64,000 nucleotides of DNA from an uncultured Clostridia bacterium (GTDB taxonomy: Bacteria; Bacillota; Clostridia; Saccharofermentanales; Saccharofermentanaceae), in the NCBI GenBank assembly GCA_946529715.1, contig CAMMZJ010000002.1, forward strand, positions 2,936 to 66,935, read 5' to 3'. Shown in pieces: positions 18,464 through 28,091 of the stretch. The position numbers were made by a program, and so were the translations under genes. The stretch's first letter is position 1, and each line of letters begins with the position of its first letter. The notes beneath the pieces are model-generated. The model searched no databases. It saw nothing but the letters and a program-made list of their open reading frames with translations, and had not been told where the DNA came from.

Positions 18464-19049
18464 ATCCGCATTTACCATTACTGAAGAGGAAATACAGGCT
18501 AACAGGGAGAGGATCATATCGCTCCTTCTTTCCACGGAAAGGAAGGGGATAGATAAGCTGGTGGCCTGGCTGGAGCAGACGGATTTCTTCACGGCTCCCG
18601 CATCAACGAAGTACCATCTCCACTGCAGGGGAGGCCTTGCCAGGCATTCCCTCAACGTCTATGAGAGACTTAAGGCAAAGACCGATAGCGGTCTCATCGA
18701 CATCAAGGAGGACACGGTGATAATAACCGCACTGCTCCACGATATCTGTAAGGCGAATTTCTATAAGATCCAGAAGAGGAACAAGAAGATCGACGGACAA
18801 TGGCAGGAGGTGGAAGAATGGGGTGTCGAGGATAAGCTCCCCATAGGTCACGGCGACAAGTCCTGCTACATAATCCAGAGCTGCATCAGGATCTCCCCCG
18901 AGGAATATGCAATGATAAGATTCCACATGGGAAGGGAAAGCGACGGGAACAACGATCCGTTCTCCAAGGCGGCGGCTCATTTTCCGGCGGTCTGCGCCAT
19001 CCACACGGCGGATATGGAGTCGGCGTTCATTATCGAGTCAAGGATGTAA
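18456..19049 (+). CDS. HD-domain phosphohydrolase
   Basis: HSLNV...ALLHDICK HD motif and a later GHGDKS. Start set at MAESAF (18456), preceded by AAGGAGGA. Overlaps the RluA stop by 8 nt. Confidence 0.7.
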   Translation: MAESAFTITEEEIQANRERIISLLLSTERKGIDKLVAWLEQTDFFTAPASTKYHLHCRGGLARHSLNVYERLKAKTDSGLIDIKEDTVIITALLHDICKANFYKIQKRNKKIDGQWQEVEEWGVEDKLPIGHGDKSCYIIQSCIRISPEEYAMIRFHMGRESDGNNDPFSKAAAHFPAVCAIHTADMESAFIIESRM

Positions 19050-19053
19050 AATC

Positions 19054-19083
19054 TTGACTTTGAACTTCTTTAATTATTATAAT
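19054..19083 (+). promoter_or_regulatory. Sigma-A promoter of ileS
   Basis: -35 TTGACT (19054-19059), 18-nt spacer, -10 TATAAT (19078-19083). The leader is only about 30 nt. Confidence 0.65.
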
Positions 19084-19118
19084 AAACAGTCAGTATTTTT
19101 CGGAAGGTGAGACGATTT

Positions 19119-22100
19119 ATGTATAAGAAAGTATCGACCGATATGAACTTTACGGAGAGGGAGAAGGAGATCCTCTCTTTCTGGAAGGAAAACAATATCT
19201 ACAAGAGGTCCCTTAAGGATCCCAAGGACGGAGCTCCCACATTTACCCTTTACGACGGACCTCCGACGGCCAACGGAAAGCCGCACATCGGTCATATCAA
19301 GACTCGTGTCATCAAGGATGTCATCCCGAGATTCCACTCCATGAAGGGCGAGGCAGTCTCCTTTAAGGCAGGCTGGGATACCCATGGCCTTCCCGTGGAA
19401 CTTGAGGTGGAGAAGATGCTCGGCATCGACGGCAAGCCCCAGATCGAGGAATACGGCGTAGAACCTTTCATCAAGAAGTGTAAGGAATCTGTTTGGACAT
19501 ATAAGGATCAGTGGGAGCAGATGAGTGAGAGAGTCGGCTTCTGGGCTGATATGGAAAATCCCTATGTCACATACGATAACAACTATATCGAGTCCGAGTG
19601 GTGGGCTCTCAAGACCATCTGGGATAAGGGCATGCTCTATAAGGGCCATAAGATCGTACCTTACTGCCCCAGATGCGGTACGGCACTTTCCAGCCACGAG
19701 GTTGCCCAGGGCTATAAGACCGTTAAGGAAAGATCCGCGGTCGTAAGATTCAAGGTCATCGACGAGGATGCATATTTCCTCGCCTGGACGACGACTCCCT
19801 GGACCCTTCCCAGTAACGTTGCTCTCTGCGTAAATCCCGAGTCCGCTTATTGCAAGGTAAAGGCAGTCGACGGATATACATACTACATGGCCAAGGCTCT
19901 CCTTGATACGGTCCTCGGAAAGCTCTCCAAGGATGAGGGGACAAAGGCTTACGAGATCATCGAGGAATACAAGGGTACTGACCTTTGCGGCAAGGCTTAC
20001 ATCCCCCTTTACGAGGGTGCTGGCATCGAGGCCGAGAATCAGAAGAAGAAAGCACATTATATCGTTGCCGATGACTATGTAACCATGGAAGACGGTACCG
20101 GTATCGTACATATCGCTCCCGCCTTCGGTGAGGACGACGCCAGGGTAGGAAGGGACAATGACCTTCCCATGGTACAGTTCGTTAACACCAGGGGTGAGCT
20201 TACTGAGGGCGCGCCCTTTGCAGGCACATTCGTTAAGGACGCCGATCCCATGATAATCAAGGATCTCTCCGAGAAGGGACTCCTCTTCGACGCTCCCAAG
20301 TTCGAGCACGATTACCCCTTCTGCTGGAGATGTGATACGCCCCTTATCTACTACGCAAGAAGCACATGGTTCATTGCCATGAGCACCGTAAGGGATGAGC
20401 TCCTGAAGTCCAACTCCATGGTCAACTGGTATCCCGAATCCATCAGGGACGGACGTATGGGCAACTTCCTTGAGAATGTTATCGACTGGGGTATCTCCCG
20501 TGAGAGATACTGGGGCACACCTCTTCCTGTATGGGAGTGTGAGTGCGGCCACAGACACTGCATCGGTTCCATCGAGGAACTGAAGTCTATGAGTGATGAC
20601 TGCCCTGAGGATATCGAACTCCATAAGCCCTATGTGGACAATGTGCATATCAAGTGCCCCAAGTGCGGCGGTAAGATGACAAGGGTACCCGAGGTCATCG
20701 ACTGCTGGTTCGATTCCGGTGCCATGCCCTTCGCACAGTACCACTATCCCTTTGAGAACAAGGAATTCTTCGAATCCCACTATCCCTGCCAGTTCATCTC
20801 CGAGGCTCTGGACCAGACCAGAGGATGGTTCTACTCCCTCATTGCCGAGAGCACCGTTCTTTTCGGAAGGAGCCCCTTCGAGAACTGTATCGTAATGGGT
20901 CTCGTCCAGGATAAGGACGGAATCAAGATGAGTAAGCATAAGGGTAACGTTGTGGATCCCTGGGATGTATTGAACAAGCAGGGAGCAGATGCCGCAAGAT
21001 GGTATTTCTACCGTGCCAACGCACCTTGGCTTCCCAGCCGTTTCTCCGACGACGCCGTCAAGGAGGGACAGAATAAGTTCATCGGAACATATTGGAATAC
21101 ATACGGATTCTATATCACATATGCGGAGATCGACGGATTCGATCCCACTAAGTACGAACTGGACAAGGCTAATCTCTGTGCAATGGACAGATGGATCCTC
21201 TCCAAGCTCAACACCCTCATCAAGACAGTCGATGCCAAGATGACGGCATACGATATCACGGGATCCGCAAGGCTCCTCCAGGATTTCATCGAGGACCTTT
21301 CCAAGTGGTACATAAGAAGAGGACGTGAGAGATACTGGGCAGGCGATATGAACAAGGACAAGATCGATGCCTATATGACGCTCTATACAGTACTTGAGCA
21401 GTTCACAAGGCTCTCAGCACCTTTCATCCCCTTCGCTACTGAAGCTGTATACCAGAATATGGTAAGGAGCGTTGATAAGGATGCTCCCGATTCCGTACAT
21501 CTCTGCTCCTATCCCGTTGCAGACGAGTCCCTCATCGACACAAAGCTCGAGACTGAGATGGATCTCGTAAGAAAGATCACGGAGCTGGGCCGTTCCGCAA
21601 GAGAAGCGGCCAACATCAAGATCAGACAGCCCCTTTCCGAGGTGTTTGTGGTAGCGGGAACAGAGCTTGAGAAGGAGTATGAGGACATCGTACTGGGCGA
21701 GCTCAACATCAAGAAGCTCACAAGGCTCGAGAGCGATGCGGACCTTATGGATTTCTCCTTCAAGCCCCAGCTTCGCACCTGCGGAAGAAAGTTCGGACCT
21801 AAGCTCAATGCAGCCAAGGAAGTTATCGCTTCTCTTCCCGGCAAGGAGACCATGGCAAAGCTCGATGCGGGCAGCATCACCATCACCGTTGACGGTGAGG
21901 ACTTCGAGATGACCAAGGATGATTTCCTTATCGAGACGGTACAGCCCGAGGGCCTTTCCACCCAGTCCGACAGGGACGTAACGGTTTCCCTTAAGACGGA
22001 GCTCACTGATGCACTCATCGAAGAGGGCTACGTACGTGAGATGATCTCCAAGCTCCAGAACCTCAGAAAGAGCACGGGCCTTGAGGTAACCGACAGGATC

Positions 22101-22268
22101 GCCCTCACATACGGCGGTAACGATATGCTTGCAACGGTCATCGAGAAGAATAAGGACGCCATCGCATCGGTCGTACTTGCCACCTCCGTGGAGGCAGGGG
22201 AGACCGAAGGTGCAGAGCCTTCCGACATCAACGGTCAGAAGATCTGCTTTAAGATCAGAAAGGCATAA
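19119..22268 (+). CDS. ileS: Isoleucyl-tRNA synthetase, type 2 (long form)
   Basis: HIGH motif PTANGKPHIGH and KMSKS motif KMSKHKGN. About 1049 aa. Start taken at MYKKVS (19119) after GGAAGGTGAG; the ORF-track start at 19107 is a GTG inside the RBS. Confidence 0.93.
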   Translation: MYKKVSTDMNFTEREKEILSFWKENNIYKRSLKDPKDGAPTFTLYDGPPTANGKPHIGHIKTRVIKDVIPRFHSMKGEAVSFKAGWDTHGLPVELEVEKMLGIDGKPQIEEYGVEPFIKKCKESVWTYKDQWEQMSERVGFWADMENPYVTYDNNYIESEWWALKTIWDKGMLYKGHKIVPYCPRCGTALSSHEVAQGYKTVKERSAVVRFKVIDEDAYFLAWTTTPWTLPSNVALCVNPESAYCKVKAVDGYTYYMAKALLDTVLGKLSKDEGTKAYEIIEEYKGTDLCGKAYIPLYEGAGIEAENQKKKAHYIVADDYVTMEDGTGIVHIAPAFGEDDARVGRDNDLPMVQFVNTRGELTEGAPFAGTFVKDADPMIIKDLSEKGLLFDAPKFEHDYPFCWRCDTPLIYYARSTWFIAMSTVRDELLKSNSMVNWYPESIRDGRMGNFLENVIDWGISRERYWGTPLPVWECECGHRHCIGSIEELKSMSDDCPEDIELHKPYVDNVHIKCPKCGGKMTRVPEVIDCWFDSGAMPFAQYHYPFENKEFFESHYPCQFISEALDQTRGWFYSLIAESTVLFGRSPFENCIVMGLVQDKDGIKMSKHKGNVVDPWDVLNKQGADAARWYFYRANAPWLPSRFSDDAVKEGQNKFIGTYWNTYGFYITYAEIDGFDPTKYELDKANLCAMDRWILSKLNTLIKTVDAKMTAYDITGSARLLQDFIEDLSKWYIRRGRERYWAGDMNKDKIDAYMTLYTVLEQFTRLSAPFIPFATEAVYQNMVRSVDKDAPDSVHLCSYPVADESLIDTKLETEMDLVRKITELGRSAREAANIKIRQPLSEVFVVAGTELEKEYEDIVLGELNIKKLTRLESDADLMDFSFKPQLRTCGRKFGPKLNAAKEVIASLPGKETMAKLDAGSITITVDGEDFEMTKDDFLIETVQPEGLSTQSDRDVTVSLKTELTDALIEEGYVREMISKLQNLRKSTGLEVTDRIALTYGGNDMLATVIEKNKDAIASVVLATSVEAGETEGAEPSDINGQKICFKIRKA

Positions 22269-22273
22269 AGAAA

Positions 22274-23032
22274 ATGTTATCGGAGTTATTAAGCGGCAAA
22301 TACTCACCTTCCGAGCTGGTATTGTACATTATTATAATGTTCATTGCCCTGTCGCTTTCTTTCGCCATACATGAGTTCATGCACGCCGCCGTTGCCACCT
22401 GGCTCGGCGACGATGTGGCCAAGCTCCAGGGAAGGGTGACATTAAACCCCCTGGCCCATATCGATCCGATGGGTACCCTGAGCCTTCTGATCGTCGGATT
22501 CGGTTGGGGAAAGCCGGTTCCCTATAATCCCAACAATCTTACCCGTTTCAAGAGTAAGAGGCTGATGTGCAATATGGTGCATCTCGCAGGTGTAACGGGC
22601 AACTTCATGCTTGCCCTGGTCTGCGCCATCTTATCCGGTTTTATCGCCAGGTTCTTTCTGACCTCCTCCGTAGATCTTTACGACATCATGTCGGGGCAGA
22701 TGGATCTTTCCGGAGTAAATCCCGTGGTGTTTGCGTTATATAGTGTGCTCTCATATACCGAGATGTTCTGTCTCGGACTGATCGGTTTCAATCTCATTCC
22801 CCTGCCGCCCCTTGACGGGTTCCACGTTCTCGAAGAATTCCTTCCCTATAAGGTCAAGTATTCTGATAAGTACAGGAAGTTCATGTTCTATGCACCCAGG
22901 GTCGTCATGGTGCTCATCTTCATCAGCGCCGTAACCAGTAGCTTCGATATCCTGGGTGGCCTTGTGAGTATCCTGTCTTTCCCGGCGTCACTTGTCTGTA
23001 ATATCTTCTATTTCCTTATAGTGTATATCTGA
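22274..23032 (+). CDS. Site-2 protease family (M50) membrane zinc metalloprotease
   Basis: HEFMHA zinc motif in a TM helix. NLIPLPPLDGFH motif. Multiple TM segments. Confidence 0.8.
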   Translation: MLSELLSGKYSPSELVLYIIIMFIALSLSFAIHEFMHAAVATWLGDDVAKLQGRVTLNPLAHIDPMGTLSLLIVGFGWGKPVPYNPNNLTRFKSKRLMCNMVHLAGVTGNFMLALVCAILSGFIARFFLTSSVDLYDIMSGQMDLSGVNPVVFALYSVLSYTEMFCLGLIGFNLIPLPPLDGFHVLEEFLPYKVKYSDKYRKFMFYAPRVVMVLIFISAVTSSFDILGGLVSILSFPASLVCNIFYFLIVYI

Positions 23033-23039
23033 AGAACCC

Positions 23040-23804
23040 ATGGCCGAACTTGTGAAACCGAATCTCAAGATAAGACACTTTGAAGGTCCTTTGGATCTTC
23101 TTTTCCATCTTATCGAGAAGAATGATATAGATATCTACGATATCCCGATCTCGGAGATAACCAACCAGTATATGGAATTCCTCTCCGAGATGGAGAAGAT
23201 GGATATGGAGGTGGCCTCCGAATTCATCGTTATGGGTGCTACTCTGGTACATATCAAGTCCAGGATGATGCTTCCCGGAAGATATACGACTGATGAGGAT
23301 CAGGGAGACGACCCCAGGGAGGAGCTGGTCATCAGCCTCCTCAGATATAAGCGTTGTAAACTCCTGGCAGGGGAACTCAAGAAGCGCCACGAGATCTATT
23401 CCGACTGCTACTATAAGGTCCCGTCCACGGCAAAGTCCCTGGACGTGGATATAATCTATCCGCCCCAGGAGTTCGAACCGGATGAGTTCGAGGCGGCGGT
23501 GGAGAACCTCTGCAGGAGAAACGAGATCCGCTTTGCGGACATCTCATCCAAGATAACTCATATCCTGAGACGTGACAGGCTCTCGGTCAAGGAGCGTATG
23601 AAGAGCGTTCTTTTGACCATAACAAGAAGGGGAAGGCTGTTCTTCCACGAACTGTTCGAAGGGAAGAAGGAACCCGAGAAGATCGACAGGATCGTGGGAT
23701 TCTTGGCCGTCCTGGAACTCCTTCGCGGAAACAGGATCAAGGCATCCCAGAAAAAGCCTTTTGACGTGATATTGATCGAAGATAACGGTATGGGGGAGAA
23801 GTAA
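23040..23804 (+). CDS. scpA: Segregation and condensation protein A
   Basis: N-terminal FEGPLDLLFHLIEKNDIDIYDIPISEIT. About 254 aa, followed by scpB. Confidence 0.88.
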   Translation: MAELVKPNLKIRHFEGPLDLLFHLIEKNDIDIYDIPISEITNQYMEFLSEMEKMDMEVASEFIVMGATLVHIKSRMMLPGRYTTDEDQGDDPREELVISLLRYKRCKLLAGELKKRHEIYSDCYYKVPSTAKSLDVDIIYPPQEFEPDEFEAAVENLCRRNEIRFADISSKITHILRRDRLSVKERMKSVLLTITRRGRLFFHELFEGKKEPEKIDRIVGFLAVLELLRGNRIKASQKKPFDVILIEDNGMGEK

Positions 23805-23807
23805 GAA

Positions 23808-24464
23808 GTGGCTAATAAAGAAGACGAATTTGAGATCTGGGTACAGGAGGTATCAGCCGCCTGCGAGGCGGTGCTCTTCGCAGCGGGGGAATCCGTATCC
23901 GTTGAGAGGATGGAGGAGATACTGAACTGCGACAGGGAAGTGATCGAGGATGCCATGGCTAAGCTCATCTCCGAATACGAGAATGATCCCTGGGGCGGCC
24001 TCCTTATAAGAAAGGTTGAGGATTCCTATATCATGTGCACCAAGCCCGGCATGAAGAAGGTCCTGGAGAGGATGTATTCCCCGAAGGCGAGACCACCCCT
24101 CTCCCAGGCTTCCTACGAGACCCTTGCGGTCATCGCCTATAATCAGCCCGTAACAAGAGCCCAGGTGGAGGCGGTCAGGGGCGTATCCTCGGACTCCATC
24201 ATCTCCAGGCTCCTGGACCGCGGATGGATCTGCGAGGACGGACATCTGGATGCACCGGGAAGACCCTCGCTCTTTTCCACCACCGAGCAGTTCCTGTTGG
24301 AATTCGGCATCTCGTCGGTGGACGAGCTCCCCTCCATGGAACTCATGAGCTATAAGACCATCAGGGATCTCGAGGATTCCCTGGAGAAGGCGGCCGGGGG
24401 AGATGACAGACAGATCTCCATTGAAAACATGATGGAAGAAAAGAAAGAAGGTGAGGGAGAGTGA
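23808..24464 (+). CDS. scpB: Segregation and condensation protein B
   Basis: AVLFAAGESVSVERM and SQASYETLAVIAYNQPVTRAQVEAVRGV. GTG start. Confidence 0.85.
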   Translation: MANKEDEFEIWVQEVSAACEAVLFAAGESVSVERMEEILNCDREVIEDAMAKLISEYENDPWGGLLIRKVEDSYIMCTKPGMKKVLERMYSPKARPPLSQASYETLAVIAYNQPVTRAQVEAVRGVSSDSIISRLLDRGWICEDGHLDAPGRPSLFSTTEQFLLEFGISSVDELPSMELMSYKTIRDLEDSLEKAAGGDDRQISIENMMEEKKEGEGE

Positions 24465-25351
24465 TAAGTACGATCGAACTGATCGAATCGCGTCTTCCGG
24501 AAATGAGTAAGGGACATAAGGCTATAGCTTCTTATATCCTTGAAAACTACGATAAAGCGGCATATATGACGGCTTCGAAGCTGGGCGAGGAGACGGGTGT
24601 CTCCGAATCCACCGTGGTAAGGTTCACCATGGAACTCGGATTCGAAGGATATCCCCATTTCCAGTCTTCCTTGAAGGAGGAGCTTAAGTCAAAGCTCACG
24701 TCGGTTCAAAGACTCAACTACACCGAGAGGTTTAAGGACGATGCCACCGCCGTGCGGGACATAATGCACGGTGATATGGAGAACCTGAAGGATACCATCG
24801 CTAACCTGGACGACAAGGCCATGTCCTCTGCCGCAGATGCTATATTGAAGGCGAGGAAGATCTATATCATGGGTCTGCGTTCCTCGTCGCCCCTTTCCTC
24901 CTTCATGCATTTCTACATGACATTGCTCTTTGACGATGTCGTACATATACACAGTAATTCCACCAACGAGGTATTCGAACAGATAATGCCCATCACTTCC
25001 GATGACGTTATGATCGGTATCTCGTTCCCCAGGTATTCCCAGAGGACGATAAACTCCATGGAATACGCAAAAAAGAAGGGCGCACGCACCATCGTAATAA
25101 CGGACAAGGACAACACGGCCATGACCGAATACGCCGACATCAAGCTTTTCGCCAAGTCGAGCATGGCCTCCTTCGTTGACTCCCTTGCAGCGCCGCTCTC
25201 CCTTATAAATGCCCTGCTCGTAATGCTGGGCATGCACAGAAGGGAGCATATCGTAAGCTCATTTGAGGCCCTGGAGACGCTTTGGTCCCAGTACCGTGTC
25301 TACGAGGCCGGAAGAGACAGAAAAACTTATATGGAGGATGAACAGCCATGA
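24461..25351 (+). CDS. MurR/RpiR-family transcriptional regulator (HTH plus SIS domain)
   Basis: N-terminal HTH AAYMTASKLGEETGVSESTVVRF. C-terminal SIS-like KIYIMGLRSS...VITD. GTG start overlaps the scpB stop. Confidence 0.75.
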   Translation: MISTIELIESRLPEMSKGHKAIASYILENYDKAAYMTASKLGEETGVSESTVVRFTMELGFEGYPHFQSSLKEELKSKLTSVQRLNYTERFKDDATAVRDIMHGDMENLKDTIANLDDKAMSSAADAILKARKIYIMGLRSSSPLSSFMHFYMTLLFDDVVHIHSNSTNEVFEQIMPITSDDVMIGISFPRYSQRTINSMEYAKKKGARTIVITDKDNTAMTEYADIKLFAKSSMASFVDSLAAPLSLINALLVMLGMHRREHIVSSFEALETLWSQYRVYEAGRDRKTYMEDEQP

Positions 25352-26016
25352 GTGAGATCTATCAGATCGCCATCGACGGACCTTCGGGTTCCGGTAAGAG
25401 TACCCTTGCAAAGGGAGTTTCAAAGGAATTGGGCATCATGTATCTTGATACCGGTGCAATGTACCGTACCTGCGGCCTTTCCGCCATCAAGAGGGGCATC
25501 TCCCCGAAGGATGAGGACGCCGTTAAGAAGATGCTGGAGGACATGAGCCTTGAGGTCGAATTCATCGACGGCGAGCAGCACATGATCCTGGACGGTGAGG
25601 ATGTAACCGGCATGATAAGGACTCCCGAGGTCTCCATCGCCGCTTCCGACATAAGCGCGCTTCCCGTTATAAGGAAGGCAATGGTGGAAAAGCAGAGGGC
25701 CATCGCTTCCCGTCAGACCTTCGTACTCGACGGAAGGGATATCGGATCCAACGTCCTTCCCAATGCCAAGTACAAGTTCTTCCTCACCGCTTCCGCAGAG
25801 AAGAGGGCGGAGAGAAGACTTGCGGAGCTCAACGAAAAGGGCGACTTCTCCCAGAACTACGAGGAAGTATTAAGGGATATCAAGTACAGGGATAAGCAGG
25901 ATTCCGAGAGAGCATCCGCACCCCTTGTAAAGGTCGACGATGCCGTGGAGATCGACACTTCCGTCATCGGTATCGACGAGACTCGTGAGCTTTTGCTCTC
26001 CTATATTAAGGAATGA
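25348..26016 (+). CDS. cmk: Cytidylate kinase
   Basis: P-loop IAIDGPSGSGKST. YLDTGAMYR. 222 aa. Confidence 0.92.
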   Translation: MSEIYQIAIDGPSGSGKSTLAKGVSKELGIMYLDTGAMYRTCGLSAIKRGISPKDEDAVKKMLEDMSLEVEFIDGEQHMILDGEDVTGMIRTPEVSIAASDISALPVIRKAMVEKQRAIASRQTFVLDGRDIGSNVLPNAKYKFFLTASAEKRAERRLAELNEKGDFSQNYEEVLRDIKYRDKQDSERASAPLVKVDDAVEIDTSVIGIDETRELLLSYIKE

Positions 26017-28037
26017 TAGTTAAAAGAGCCGAATCATCAGGTTTCTGCTTCGGTGTTAAGAACGCCGTGGACAGCGCCTTCAGGATGCTCTCCGAGAAAA
26101 AGGAGGGGGAGCGTCTTGTTATGCTGGGGGAACTGACCCATAACGAGAAGGTGGTAAAGGAACTGCTTGATAAGGGTTTTGAACTTTGCGGGACTGCGCA
26201 GGAGGTGCCCTCCGGCAGCCGCGTCATAATAAGAGCTCACGGTGTTACCCCGGAACAGAAGGCCACGCTCCTTGCCAAGGATTGTACCGTCGTAGACTGC
26301 ACCTGCCCCTTTGTCGCGAAGATCCATAAGATCGTCAGGAAGATGGCGGAGGAGGGATACGAGGTCATCATCGCAGGAGCCAAGGGCCATCCCGAGGTGG
26401 AGGGAATATGCGGAGAGGCGGTGGATCACGTACACGTAGTATCCTCTCTGGAGGAGTTTAACAGACTCTCCCTTGACCCCGATAACACCGTTTTGATCTC
26501 CCAAACGACATTTTCATCAGAAATATTTTCTCAAATTTGTGCAAGTGCCGAAAATAAAATTGCAAAAAATTTGATTTTTGATACAATATGTAGTACGACA
26601 GGAATCAGGCAGAACGAAGCTGCAGTTATAGCGGAACAATCGGATGTGATGTTAGTCATCGGATCATCCAAGAGCTCCAACACAACAAAGCTTTATGATA
26701 TCTGTTCCTCTCGATGTGTGAGAACGTATCTCGTAAGCGATGCCGAGGATGTCTCCGGACTGATGGCCAAAGGGCTCATCTCTCAGGATGACAGGGTAGG
26801 GATCACGGCGGGGGCGTCCACACCGGAAGCAATAATTTTGGAGGTTGTTCACAGAATGGACGAGAACAAGGAGAACATGACAAATCAGGGGGAGACCGAT
26901 ATCAATTTCGAAGAGTATATCGAAGGAATACCCCAATTACGAAGAAATGCTATTGTGAAGGGAGCCATAACTTCGGCGGATGCTGATTTTGTCTATGTGG
27001 ATGTTCGCGACAAGTCCGAAGGAAAGATCCCCAGAAGAGAGTTCGATAACGATCCCGATTTCGATATCGACGCAGCAGTTGCCAACAAGAGCGAAGTACA
27101 GGTAGTAGTTAAGAGCATCAAGAATACGGATCAGGGCAAGGAGATCATCCTTTCCAAGTCCCAGCTCGACTACGAGAAGAATAAGGCCATCCTTAAGGAA
27201 GCCTTCGAGAATAAGACTCCCGTAACGGTTACGGTAACAGGAACCGTTAAGGACGGTGTCATTGCCAACTTCGGCGGAATCGACATCTATATCCACAGAA
27301 CACAGCTCAACTTCGGTGAGGCTAAGGATCTTGACGAGTACAAGGGCCAGCAGCTCGACGTCCTCATCACAAAGTTCGATACCGAGAAGCACAGACTCAG
27401 GGTATCCGGATCCCACAGACAGATCCTTGCCAACGAGCGTAAGGCTAAGGCAGACGAGATCTGGTCTACCATCGAGGTGGGCAAGCACTACAAGGGTATC
27501 GTAAGAGGCCTTCCCGAGTTCGGTGCATTCGTTGACATCGGAGGTGTTGACGGACTTGTTCACATCACGGAGCTTTCCTGGAAGAGGATCAAGAAGCCCT
27601 CTGACGTTCTTTCCGTCGGCGATGAGATCGACGTATACGTAAAGAGCTTCGATCCCGAGACTAAGAAGATCTCCCTCGGATACAAGAAGGAAGAGGATGA
27701 TCCTTACTACAACATCGAGGAGAGGATCCCCGTAGGTTCCGTGGTTAAGGGTACAGTCGTAAGACTTACGAACTTCGGTGCTTTCGTACAGCTTGAGCCC
27801 GATCTTGATGCTCTTTGCCACGTATCCCAGATCTCTTCCGTAAGGCTTGCACAGCCTTCCGATGTACTTTCCGTCGGTCAGGAAGTGATGGCTAAGGTCA
27901 TTGACATCAAGCCCGCTGAGAGAAGGATCTCCATCAGCATCAAGGAAGTCGAGCCCATCGATCCCGAGGATGATTTCTCCATCGCTGACGATCAGCAGGA
28001 GGCAGAGACTCCCGAGCAGGAGAACGCCGAGGAGTGA
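26013..28037 (+). CDS. ispH: Fusion of 4-hydroxy-3-methylbut-2-enyl diphosphate reductase (IspH) with a four-repeat ribosomal protein S1 module
   Basis: The IspH half has its three Cys motifs GFCFGVKNAV, CTCPFVAKIH and DTICSTTGIRQ. The C-terminal half has repeated S1 motifs such as GLPEFGAFVDIGGVDGLVHITE and LTNFGAFVQLEPDLDALCHVSQ. Confidence 0.9.
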   Translation: MIVKRAESSGFCFGVKNAVDSAFRMLSEKKEGERLVMLGELTHNEKVVKELLDKGFELCGTAQEVPSGSRVIIRAHGVTPEQKATLLAKDCTVVDCTCPFVAKIHKIVRKMAEEGYEVIIAGAKGHPEVEGICGEAVDHVHVVSSLEEFNRLSLDPDNTVLISQTTFSSEIFSQICASAENKIAKNLIFDTICSTTGIRQNEAAVIAEQSDVMLVIGSSKSSNTTKLYDICSSRCVRTYLVSDAEDVSGLMAKGLISQDDRVGITAGASTPEAIILEVVHRMDENKENMTNQGETDINFEEYIEGIPQLRRNAIVKGAITSADADFVYVDVRDKSEGKIPRREFDNDPDFDIDAAVANKSEVQVVVKSIKNTDQGKEIILSKSQLDYEKNKAILKEAFENKTPVTVTVTGTVKDGVIANFGGIDIYIHRTQLNFGEAKDLDEYKGQQLDVLITKFDTEKHRLRVSGSHRQILANERKAKADEIWSTIEVGKHYKGIVRGLPEFGAFVDIGGVDGLVHITELSWKRIKKPSDVLSVGDEIDVYVKSFDPETKKISLGYKKEEDDPYYNIEERIPVGSVVKGTVVRLTNFGAFVQLEPDLDALCHVSQISSVRLAQPSDVLSVGQEVMAKVIDIKPAERRISISIKEVEPIDPEDDFSIADDQQEAETPEQENAEE

Positions 28038-28058
28038 TCCCGAATAATTAAATAAACA

Positions 28059-28091
28059 GGACCCGCCAGGTAAAAAAGGCGGGTCTTTTTA
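28059..28091 (+). terminator. Rho-independent terminator after ispH-S1
   Basis: GGACCCGCC, A-rich loop, GGCGGGTC, then TTTTT. Confidence 0.85.

Noticed and set aside
19050-19118. T-box or other leader riboswitch upstream of ileS, and likewise upstream of valS at 56612-56769.
   Set aside because: The leaders are too short (about 30 nt after the promoter for ileS, at most about 160 nt for valS). They lack the AGAGA box, the GGGTGG T-box sequence and a terminator.
19077-20939. Very long antisense ORFs lie opposite well-supported genes. Examples are 620 aa opposite ileS, 584 aa at 47944-49698 opposite the HD-GYP gene, 510 aa at 51242-52774 opposite the EAL gene, 369 aa at 10862-11971 opposite the kinase, and 350 aa at 56959-58011 opposite valS.
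   Set aside because: Their translations are low-complexity, rich in L, G, V, D and H, and show no motifs. They have no RBS or promoter. They always lie in the same antisense frame relative to a sense gene with strong motifs. The sense genes avoid TTA, CTA and TCA codons, which removes stop codons from that antisense frame, so these ORFs are by-products of codon bias rather than overlapping genes.
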